Numbered from the stretch's first letter, positions 9,216-16,695 are shown. The stretch is 32,000 nt of DNA from Haloferax volcanii DS2 (GCF_000025685.1 NC_013966.1:390001-422000); one strand, 5' to 3'. The notes: generated by a model from the sequence alone, not told the origin. Translations and numbers: made by a program.

Positions 9216-10966
9216 TGACAATGAAACCCCAACAGGAGTCCTCGACCGACCCGTTCACGCGCGAGGTAATCACGAACGCCTTGCAGAGCGCGGCTGAAGA
9301 AATGTTCCTCAACCTCGGCCGGACCGCGAAATCGAGCGTAATCTACGAGACGCTCGACTACGCGTGCGGGATTACGGACCCCGACGCGAACGTCGTCGCA
9401 CAGGCGAACGGCGTCCCCGGCTTCCTCGGCACGCTGAAGTTCTGCGTCGAGGCCGCAACCGAGAAGTTCGGTGCGGACGGCTTCGAACCCGGTGATGTCG
9501 TCGTGACGAACGATTATCGCGGCGGCACACACCTGAACGACGTCGCGATGGTCGCGCCCGTCTTCACCGACGGTGACCTCGTCGGATTCACCGCATCGAA
9601 GGCGCATTGGACGGATATCGGTGGGAAGTCTCCAGGTTCGTGGTCGACGGACGCGACGAGCATCTTCCAGGAAGGTATCCAGTATCCCGTCGTCAAGCTC
9701 TACGATGGCGGCGAACTGAACGAGGACGTCCGCGACATCGTCGTCGCGAACACGCGGATGCCTGAGATTACAAGCGGCGACATGCAAGCGCAGAAATCCT
9801 CCATGGACGTCGGTGCCGACCGCGTCGTCGACGTGTACGACCGCTACGGCGTCGACACCGTCAAACAGGCGGTAGAGGAGTACTTTGACGCCGGCGAACG
9901 CCTCGTTCGCGAAGAGATACGTGACCTCCCGAACGGCACGTACGAGGCGTCCGACACGCTCGACAACGATGGCATCACCGACGACCCCGTCCACGTTGAG
10001 GTTACCGTCACGATTACCGACGACGCGATCGCACTCGACTACACGGGGAGCGACCCGGAAACGCAGGGACCGATCAACGCCCCGTACGCCGCATCTGTCT
10101 CCGATATCCGGTCGTTCTTCCAGGCAATCACGCTTCCGGACGCGGAGACGAACGAGGGGTTCTTCCGCCCGCTCGACATCACAATCCCGGAAGGCACCGT
10201 CCTAAACGCGACCAAGCCGGCCGCAATCGGTACCGACTGGGAGGGTTCCGCGATGGCGTCCGATCTCCCGTGGAAGGCGCTCGCCCCCCACCTCCCCGAC
10301 CGGCTGTCCGCCGGGCACTTCTTCAGCGTCTGTGCAACCATCGTTGGCGGGCACGACGAGCGCCGCGACGAGGACTTCCTCGTCGTTGAACCCCAACCCG
10401 GCGGCTGGGGCGGTAGTCCCGGCCGCGATGGTGCAGATGTACTTGTCTGCGCCGGCGACGGCGACACGCTCGAAATGCCCGTCGAAGTCATGGAAACTCG
10501 CTTCCCCCTCCTCTTCGACGAGTTTGCACTCGATACCCCACAGGAGTCCGGGCACGGCGAGTTCCGTGGCGGCACCGGGCTCGTCCAAGGCTACCAACTG
10601 TACAACGAGTCCGGCGGCTTTATCACCGCCGAGTTCGGGCGCTCTGAGTTCCCGCCGTGGGGCGTCGAAGGCGGTCACGAGGGCGACGGGAATTACATCG
10701 TGGTTGAGCGGACCGACGGGTCGACTGAACGCCGCAGCAATCTCTCGAACTACGACCTCGATAACGGAGATATTGCGCGCCTCGTCACAAGTTCCGGCGG
10801 CGGCTGGGGTGACCCGACAGAGCGCGACCCCGAGAGCGTCCGCGTCGACTACCTTGACGACTACATCACGCGAGAGACCGCCCAGAACGTCTACGGTGTT
10901 ATCCTTGACGAAAACGGAACGATAGACCACGACGCGACCGCGGCCGAACGGGGTGAGGCGCAGTGA
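9215..10966 (+). CDS. hyuB: hydantoinase B / oxoprolinase subunit
   Basis: The track ORF 9008..10966 has a basic, junk-like N-terminal extension. ATG 9215 (MTMKPQQESSTDPFTREVITNALQSAAEEM, a typical HyuB N-terminus) overlaps the hyuA stop by 1 nt (TAATG). Confidence 0.9.
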   Translation: MTMKPQQESSTDPFTREVITNALQSAAEEMFLNLGRTAKSSVIYETLDYACGITDPDANVVAQANGVPGFLGTLKFCVEAATEKFGADGFEPGDVVVTNDYRGGTHLNDVAMVAPVFTDGDLVGFTASKAHWTDIGGKSPGSWSTDATSIFQEGIQYPVVKLYDGGELNEDVRDIVVANTRMPEITSGDMQAQKSSMDVGADRVVDVYDRYGVDTVKQAVEEYFDAGERLVREEIRDLPNGTYEASDTLDNDGITDDPVHVEVTVTITDDAIALDYTGSDPETQGPINAPYAASVSDIRSFFQAITLPDAETNEGFFRPLDITIPEGTVLNATKPAAIGTDWEGSAMASDLPWKALAPHLPDRLSAGHFFSVCATIVGGHDERRDEDFLVVEPQPGGWGGSPGRDGADVLVCAGDGDTLEMPVEVMETRFPLLFDEFALDTPQESGHGEFRGGTGLVQGYQLYNESGGFITAEFGRSEFPPWGVEGGHEGDGNYIVVERTDGSTERRSNLSNYDLDNGDIARLVTSSGGGWGDPTERDPESVRVDYLDDYITRETAQNVYGVILDENGTIDHDATAAERGEAQ

Positions 10967-11295
10967 GCGACGTCAAACTCACGGAGTTAGCGGACGTCTG
11001 GGCGAAGAGCACGGATGCGCCGCTCACACTCCACGAGATCGACGATCCGGTCTCACAGACGGGTTCGTACGTCATTCGTCCCGGAGAGCGCGTCCCCGAA
11101 GAGGGATGGACATCCCACGAGGGCGATGAGATCTCGATCATTCTCGACGGAGAAGTAGAACTCGTCACGCCCGACGGCGAGTACAGTGTCAGTTCTGGAA
11201 TGGTCTCTGTCATTCCAGCCGGCGTGAAACACTACAGCGTGAACGACACTGACAAGCCGGTGCGGCTCGTCTACACCGCAGTCGGTGGCCTCTGA
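10963..11295 (+). CDS. cupin domain protein
   Basis: The 110 aa product contains HEGDEISIILDGEVELVTPDGEYSVSSGMVSVIPAGVKHYSVN, which matches the two-motif cupin_2 pattern. Its GTG start overlaps the hyuB stop (GTGA), implying translational coupling. Confidence 0.8.
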   Translation: MSDVKLTELADVWAKSTDAPLTLHEIDDPVSQTGSYVIRPGERVPEEGWTSHEGDEISIILDGEVELVTPDGEYSVSSGMVSVIPAGVKHYSVNDTDKPVRLVYTAVGGL

Positions 11296-11310
11296 GGCCG
11301 CCACGTCACG

Positions 11311-11835
11311 CTAGTTCGTGATCGGTTTGTGCCAGGCCTTGTGCGTTTTCGTCACCGGCATCGCCTCGTACTTCGCCACAAGGTCGTGGCACTGCAACTG
11401 CGTGCGAAGATAGCTCTGGATGTCCCCGAGCGTCGCGTGCCAGACGCGCAACAGCAGGTCGTATGTCCCCATGTACTCCTCGATCTCGTAGATAAATTCG
11501 TCGCCCTTCACCGTCTCGAGGAACTCGTCGAGCTCGTCGACCGTCGCCTCTGAGCTGAGTTTCACGAACACGTCAGCGTACGCGAAATCGGCCTCCTGCA
11601 AAACAAGGACGCCAAGCACGTCAATGATCCCTTCCTCTTCGAGCTTCTTCCGACGGCGGTGCGCCGCCGTCCGCGACAGTCCGACGCGCTCTCCGAGTTC
11701 TGTATCCGACATTCGCCCGTCCTCGTTGAGAGCCTTGTATATCCGGTAATCCGTCTCGTCGAGATGCTCCTTCAGGAGCGACTGAATGGTGTCATTCTCC
11801 AACCACTCGGTCGCGGCCGATCGCTCGTTAGTCAT
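11311..11835 (-). CDS. Lrp/AsnC family transcriptional regulator
   Basis: The 174 aa product has the HTH segment YRIYKALNEDGRMSDTELGERVGLSRTAAHRRRKKLEEEGII followed by an AsnC/RAM-like ligand domain. It is convergent with the hyu operon. Confidence 0.85.
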   Translation of the reverse strand: MTNERSAATEWLENDTIQSLLKEHLDETDYRIYKALNEDGRMSDTELGERVGLSRTAAHRRRKKLEEEGIIDVLGVLVLQEADFAYADVFVKLSSEATVDELDEFLETVKGDEFIYEIEEYMGTYDLLLRVWHATLGDIQSYLRTQLQCHDLVAKYEAMPVTKTHKAWHKPITN

Positions 11836-11977
11836 TTACCCGGTTTTCGGAACCTATCGTGGTGTAGTTATCGATGCTGTCGAATCCCATGTCCGCTACC
11901 CGGCGCGCTTGTGTCCGAATTTGCTCCCATCATCTGAGGAAGGTCATATGGATCGGCAGACAACGGGTGCAGACTGA

Positions 11978-12247
11978 GCTCGGATAGTTGCTCGGCAACT
12001 GTCCGAGTTGGGGGCGGCAAATTGGATCGTCTCTGAAGCGGGCTGGTCGAACGAGCCAACCAAGCGCGTCTTCGAACGGCTCAGCGGCGACGGTATCTTC
12101 TACCGCGTCGACAGCGGTACTCACACTACGTACTATCTCGATTACCGCCTAAGTGATGTGGGAGGTGATGTACCTCCCGGACGACAGAATACTGTTGGAG
12201 AACATATTGAGCGTCTCGCCGACATGAACTCGCAGATTCGGGGTTAG
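11978..12247 (+). pseudogene. 5'-truncated paralog of the winged-HTH/coiled-coil genes at 14316 and 16695
   Basis: The frame is open from 11978 with no ATG; the track shows a TTG at 12008. The segment AANWIVSEAGWSNEPTKRVFERLSGDGIFYRVDSGTHTTYYLDY aligns by eye with SVNWISEQADAAWSTTNEELQALVDQGQLRRVEAGETTRYQPDY of the 16144..16695 product. The shared pattern is NWI..E.A..WS...L..G..RV..G..T.Y..DY. The upstream helix and the long C-terminal coiled coil are both missing. Confidence 0.4.
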
Positions 12248-12615
12248 GAGGTCGAATCTGAGGTCAATTCTCCGTACCCGCTTCGTGGGACGCTCACCGA
12301 GAAGTCTCTCGACGCTGACGAAGAGGACCACCACTGTAAGACCATCTTATTAGACACTCACCAATTGTGAGCTAATCGGAAAGAAATATGCTTCTCCCAT
12401 ACTATCGCAGCGGTCTCAAGCAGTCCAGCGACGAAAGGGCGATCGAGACACGAATCGTCCACTCCCTTTCGATGAGAATGTGAACACCGATTTCTACTGA
12501 TCCCACAATTCCCTTACGCTCATTTCGAATCCTGATACCCCACTCACATTTACTTCTCTTCCGTCTCGGTAGCAAACATGTACCGACATTCAGTCGGTTC
12601 CCCATACCCGCACGT

Positions 12616-12894
12616 ATGATTACACGGTTAATCACCATCGAAGAGATCGATGGCCTGTACTTGGTGTGGAACGACCACATCAACGCGTCCGCCCTCTATC
12701 GCCGTGCCCTCCGTGAAGAGATGGATGTTCACGGTGTCGACCCGAATGAACTCCGTGAGCTCCTCGAACGGGCCCGCCACTAGGGTTACACACTCGAAGA
12801 GATCGCCGAAAACACCAATCAGTTTGCTGATCTCCAGTCGCTCGTGGAAAATCGGCAGGACCATCCACCGACTGGAGATGCCACTGACGAGTGA
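12616..12894 (+). pseudogene. small HTH-like protein gene interrupted by an in-frame TAG (12781..12783)
   Basis: This ORF is not in the track because each half is under 60 aa. ATG 12616 gives MITRLITIEEIDGLYLVWNDHINASALYRRALREEMDVHGVDPNELRELLERARH, then TAG. The same frame continues as GYTLEEIAENTNQFADLQSLVENRQDHPPTGDATDE, ending at TGA 12892..12894. That stop overlaps the GTG start of the next ORF (GTGA). The track ORF 12628..12954(-) is its antisense shadow. Confidence 0.4.
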
Positions 12895-13319
12895 TCCGTG
12901 TGTCACAGGATCAGATCCTCTCCGATTCTGAGCGTCGTCCCAAGAACCAGTCACCGCTGATCGGCACGATCCCTCGGCAGGCAGCCCTTACTGTCGTCCT
13001 CCTGAGCCTCTTCGCCGTTCAGCCAGTTACCGCCCAGAGCAACGCCGTCTGTAGCGCGGACAACCTCCCGAGCATGATTGGGGGATTCTTCCGGCTCACC
13101 ACCGCGCTGGGCATCGTCGGTCTCGCCATCGTCTGGCAGGCTGATCTCCTCATCGAGATGTTCACCCTCAATCCGGAGCAGAAGAAGGGCCTCAGACGAC
13201 ACAAGCGCTCTGCGATGAAGTCTGCGGTCGTCCTCGTCGTCCTCGGCCCGCTGTACACGGTCGCCGGAGCGATAATGGGGCTTCCATTGGCAGAGTTCGT
13301 CAACCTCGTCCCCTGGTAA
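12891..13319 (+). CDS. secreted/membrane protein (signal peptide plus two hydrophobic helices)
   Basis: The 142 aa product has a signal-like segment RQAALTVVLLSLFAVQPVTAQS. Two TM segments follow (GGFFRLTTALGIVGLAIVW and SAVVLVVLGPLYTVAGAIMGL), separated by a basic loop (KKGLRRHKR). The overall shape recalls small pilin/VirB2-like proteins, but I could not verify this. Confidence 0.55.
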   Translation: MIRVSQDQILSDSERRPKNQSPLIGTIPRQAALTVVLLSLFAVQPVTAQSNAVCSADNLPSMIGGFFRLTTALGIVGLAIVWQADLLIEMFTLNPEQKKGLRRHKRSAMKSAVVLVVLGPLYTVAGAIMGLPLAEFVNLVPW

Positions 13320-13384
13320 TCCAACCCAGATCTCCACTCGTGACCTCCTTGGATCGACGCGCGCTCTGCGTACTCGCGGTCGTC

Positions 13385-13867
13385 ATGATCGTGGAGTCAA
13401 ATGCGGAGACGATCGCTGGTATCTTTTCGCCAGGCGATATCGAATACGCAGTTGAACATATTCATGAAGGACATTTCGGTCAGGTGCTAGAATCACACCA
13501 TGTGAAGACATTCCAGCTGCTGCGGCTCATTGCAGCGAATCATCCATTCGTCGATGGCAACAAGCGAACGGCGCTCATGTCGACCCGAATTTTCTACGCG
13601 TTGAATGGCTGCCGTTTTGACTACGATCGGGAGATCAAAGAGATCCTGAAGGCGCTCGCGACAGATGAGAGCAGTGTCGAAGCGGACGACGTGATCACGT
13701 ATCTACGAGCACACACAGAGCCGCTTGCTCCGGAGTACGAGGCGACCATCAACCTGTGGCTGGCACGGATTGAGGGAACGGACCAACTACCCACGGAACA
13801 CGACACGGTCGAGCAAGACACGTATGAACCGAACGATTATGACGACGACGCCCATAGTGGGGAGTAA
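13385..13867 (+). CDS. doc: Doc (death-on-curing) family Fic-fold toxin with acidic C-terminal tail
   Basis: HPFVDGNKRTALMS matches the Doc-specific HxFx(D/N)(A/G)NKR variant of the Fic motif. The track start is GTG 13340; ATG 13385 (MIVESNAETIAG) is more conservative. The tail reads DTYEPNDYDDDAHSGE. Confidence 0.85.
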   Translation: MIVESNAETIAGIFSPGDIEYAVEHIHEGHFGQVLESHHVKTFQLLRLIAANHPFVDGNKRTALMSTRIFYALNGCRFDYDREIKEILKALATDESSVEADDVITYLRAHTEPLAPEYEATINLWLARIEGTDQLPTEHDTVEQDTYEPNDYDDDAHSGE

Positions 13868-13869
13868 GA

Positions 13870-14007
13870 ATGGCCGCTGAAAGTGAACAACCCGAGATCC
13901 CCGATGAGCTGTCCCCCGAGGAGGCACGGCAGTATCTCATCCGGTTCCTCGGCCGACAGGACCTCGACGAGCACGAGGAAATCTACGACGAACTCGCGAC
14001 CGAATAG
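13870..14007 (+). CDS. small acidic protein (45 aa), candidate Doc partner
   Basis: This ORF is not in the track. ATG 13870 lies 2 nt after the doc stop and gives MAAESEQPEIPDELSPEEARQYLIRFLGRQDLDEHEEIYDELATE, ending at TAG 14005..14007. The halophile-like acidic composition and tight spacing are the only support. Confidence 0.3.
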   Translation: MAAESEQPEIPDELSPEEARQYLIRFLGRQDLDEHEEIYDELATE

Positions 14008-14315
14008 ACGGCGGCCGGCAGTCACTCAGTCTTCGCAACGGCCTGTTTAGTTTCTCCTAACACCGAAGTCAACAAGGACAGCGAAGAGTACAGTGGGTAC
14101 AGTACCCGTTAGGGCAGGTACAGGTCCGCGAGATGCAGCAGGTCGTGGCCCGAAGGTCGGTTACAAAGTCAGTCACGACTCGAGCCGATGGGTGATTCCA
14201 TCTGAGGCGGAGACGCGGCGAACTCGCCGGCGCCGACTGTCTGGGCGTATCGGGATATTATGAAAATGTATTTTTCTCAGGAAGCTATTTGTTTCTCGAC
14301 CGCGTAGCATCCAGT

Positions 14316-14828
14316 ATGACCGAAACGTGGGATGACATCAACGAGCAGGTCAAAGCCGACTGGAAAGCCGACACCACGCCGTTCGAGCGGGTGTACGAAA
14401 TCATCGAACAGACCCACGATGGGCAATCGGCAGCCGAGATCGCCGAGCGGGCCCTCGTGAGTGAGCCGACGGCGCGTCGCCACTGCAAGTCGCTCGTGAA
14501 CACTGGGTTCGCGGAGACGGAACAGGACGGCCAAACAACGCTGTACAAGCGCAACAGCGACCGGGTGTTGATGTCGCGGATCCGCGAGCTGCGTGAGGAA
14601 GTTACTCGATCGGAGTTGCTCGACAGCATCCAGGAGATGAAGGCCGAGATCCGACGCTACGAGGACCGCTACGACGTGGTGTCACCGGAGGAACTCGCCC
14701 AGCAACTCGACGCCGACGAGACGGGCGGCTGGGACGACCTCACCGCCTGGCGGACAACGCGACAGAATCTCGCCGTCGCACAAGCCGCACTCGCCTACGA
14801 CGAGGCCAGCCACCAGCTCGCTGTATGA
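14316..14828 (+). CDS. winged-HTH plus coiled-coil protein (antitoxin/regulator-like), paralog 1
   Basis: The track ORF is 14289..14828, but ATG 14316 (MTETWDDINEQV) is preferred. The wHTH segment is SAAEIAERALVSEPTARRHCKSLVNTGFAETEQDGQTTLYKR, followed by a helical/coiled-coil C-terminus (RIRELREEVTRSELLDSIQEMKAEIRRYEDRYDV). Its stop overlaps the next start (ATGA at 14825). Confidence 0.75.
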   Translation: MTETWDDINEQVKADWKADTTPFERVYEIIEQTHDGQSAAEIAERALVSEPTARRHCKSLVNTGFAETEQDGQTTLYKRNSDRVLMSRIRELREEVTRSELLDSIQEMKAEIRRYEDRYDVVSPEELAQQLDADETGGWDDLTAWRTTRQNLAVAQAALAYDEASHQLAV

Positions 14829-15277
14829 ACGGTAACGACCGCGCCGGCGAGTTCGGGCCGATCTATCTTCCGGCACTCCAGCGGATTCGTGACCTCTGGC
14901 TCGAACTTGAGCCGCTCGTCGACGAAACGGCGTATGATGATGTCGTCGCCCCTACGGAACTGCAGATCAGTCTCAGCGATGGATTGGGCGACGCCGAGAA
15001 CGCTCGGCTCGATATCCAGTGGAGCGAACTGGGGCTGTATTCGTTCCACTACGTCGATAGCAACGACGTCAACTGGCGCTTCGATCGCCATCCGAACACA
15101 CACTCCCCCGAGATCCATTTCCACCCGCCGCCCGAGGCCGCGACGATGGACGCGGAACCGTCCTGTATCGACGTCACCGAGGTGTCACTCGTGACGCGTG
15201 CCGTCCATGCAATGTGGCGAACAGCGTACGAGGATGATGCACTGGATCGGCTGAATAGTGCGTCAAACCCACCGTAA
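14825..15277 (+). CDS. DUF6516/TumE-like protein (putative toxin)
   Basis: The 150 aa product contains YSFHYVDSNDVNWRFDRHPNTHSPEIHFHPPPE. This resembles, from memory, the YxYHW...RWDNAPHH...PHHKH core of the DUF6516/TumE toxin family. The size and the position directly behind an HTH gene are consistent. No HMM confirmation was run. Confidence 0.55.
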   Translation: MNGNDRAGEFGPIYLPALQRIRDLWLELEPLVDETAYDDVVAPTELQISLSDGLGDAENARLDIQWSELGLYSFHYVDSNDVNWRFDRHPNTHSPEIHFHPPPEAATMDAEPSCIDVTEVSLVTRAVHAMWRTAYEDDALDRLNSASNPP

Positions 15278-15279
15278 AG

Positions 15280-16098
15280 ATGGATGTAACCGAGGACGCA
15301 GTCCGGGACATCTGCACGGACGCAGTCTTCGAACGCGGCGAACGATACCGTGAGGAGGGCCGTATCCACGGAATTCACCGCATCGACACCACTGTAACCG
15401 CAGTCGTGAGCGGCAGCCGTCAGTACGATGTCCGTGTTGACCTCGCCACCAACGGGTTTGCCCCGTGGTGCGACTGTCCGTACGACGGGCCGGGCACGTG
15501 CAAGCACGTCGTCGCCGTGTTGCTTCGGTGTGTTGACGACCCTCCCCAAGACGAAGGTGATCGGCTCGACACCGCACTTAACGGTGCCGACGCCGACGAG
15601 CTCCGCGCGTTCCTGCGTGAAGAACTCGCGACCGACGCTGACCTCCGCGACCAGTTTCTCGCCCGGGTCAGTGAGTCGACGACGCGGTCAGTCGACGAGC
15701 TTCGCACCACGATCGACCGGCGGTTCGAGGAGACAAACCCTGAGTACTACGTCGTCTTCGAGCCGATCGACTTCACTCGGTGGTTCGATCTCGCGACCGA
15801 GTACCGCGAGCAGGGGCGGTACGCGTCGGCGGCGACCGTCTACCGTGCGCTTGTCGAGTCGCTCGACGACAACATGGAGCGTGTCGACGGCGCGTACGAC
15901 CACTTCTCGCGTGCGTTCAGTCGGGCACTCGACGGGTATGTCGACTGTGTCGCGTTCCGTGGCCGCGACGACGCGGTCACAGACGCTGTCGCATTCCTTG
16001 ATGAGCGGGCGACGTCGGGAACGCCGTTCCTCACGGAACACTTCGAGAAGGCTGTGGTCGAACTTCAAGAAAAGGCGGACGAGCAGTCCTTCGAGTAG
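15280..16098 (+). CDS. SWIM zinc-finger protein
   Basis: The 272 aa product has the SWIM signature (CxC...CxH) in WCDCPYDGPGTCKHVVAVLL after an N-terminal beta-rich region, followed by an acidic helical C-terminal domain. It starts 2 nt after the upstream stop. Confidence 0.85.
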   Translation: MDVTEDAVRDICTDAVFERGERYREEGRIHGIHRIDTTVTAVVSGSRQYDVRVDLATNGFAPWCDCPYDGPGTCKHVVAVLLRCVDDPPQDEGDRLDTALNGADADELRAFLREELATDADLRDQFLARVSESTTRSVDELRTTIDRRFEETNPEYYVVFEPIDFTRWFDLATEYREQGRYASAATVYRALVESLDDNMERVDGAYDHFSRAFSRALDGYVDCVAFRGRDDAVTDAVAFLDERATSGTPFLTEHFEKAVVELQEKADEQSFE

Positions 16099-16143
16099 CT
16101 GTGCCGACCTTGATGGCGCCTCCAAGTTCGAAGATCCCGAGAA

Positions 16144-16695
16144 TTAGTTTCTCACACGGTCAGCCACGTTGATCCGCTGTTCGCGAGCGGCTTCGACATC
16201 CGAGTAGAGGGCCAACGCGTGCTTGATGAGCCGGCGGTCTTCCAAATTCTCCTCCCAATGCCTAATCACGTCGCGCCGTTCGCAAAGCTCGGCACTCGAG
16301 AGATCTCCGTCGTCGAGCGACTGTTCGAGATCCTCCCACGTCTCGACGTCGTAGGTCGCCTGCCACTCCTCGATCTCCTCGGTGATCGCGGCCAATTCGT
16401 TCCGCAACTCCTCGCGCGGGTTCTCCTCGATGAGCGTGCGGATTTCCTCGAAGAGCAGCCGCGTGTAGTCAGGCTGGTAGCGCGTCGTCTCGCCGGCCTC
16501 GACGCGGCGCAGCTGGCCCTGGTCGACGAGCGCCTGAAGTTCCTCGTTTGTCGTGCTCCAAGCGGCGTCGGCCTGTTCGCTGATCCAGTTAACCGACCGG
16601 GGTTCACGAAGCGTCTCGGCGACGGCTCGAATACGGTCGCGGGCGCTCATCGACTCAGTCCACGACTGGACGCCATTCCGGGGGGATTCGGACAT
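16144..16695 (-). CDS. winged-HTH plus coiled-coil protein, paralog 2
   Basis: The track ORF is 16144..16713 (TTG start), but ATG 16695 (MSESPRNG) is preferred. It is collinear with the 14316 product, with a wHTH (NWISEQADAAWSTTNEELQALVDQGQLRRVEAGETTRYQPDY) and a coiled coil. Compare EEIRTLIEENPREELRNELAAITEEIEEWQATYDV here with RIRELREEVTRSELLDSIQEMKAEIRRYEDRYDV in paralog 1. Confidence 0.75.
   Translation of the reverse strand: MSESPRNGVQSWTESMSARDRIRAVAETLREPRSVNWISEQADAAWSTTNEELQALVDQGQLRRVEAGETTRYQPDYTRLLFEEIRTLIEENPREELRNELAAITEEIEEWQATYDVETWEDLEQSLDDGDLSSAELCERRDVIRHWEENLEDRRLIKHALALYSDVEAAREQRINVADRVRN

Noticed and set aside
1420-11304. Many 60-370 aa antisense or alternate-frame ORFs inside the ABC and hyu genes, e.g. 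1563..2216(-), 5850..6959(-), 7263..8054(-), 9080..9994(-) and 10202..10930(-)
   Set aside because: They completely overlap genes with strong family motifs. They have basic Arg/Pro/Ser-rich composition atypical of an acidic halophile proteome. Long open frames are also expected by chance at this GC content.
12628-12954. Track ORF 12628..12954(-), 108 aa
   Set aside because: It is antisense to the amber-interrupted gene at 12616..12894, whose sense reading is more protein-like and is start/stop-coupled to the next gene. It is probably a shadow ORF.
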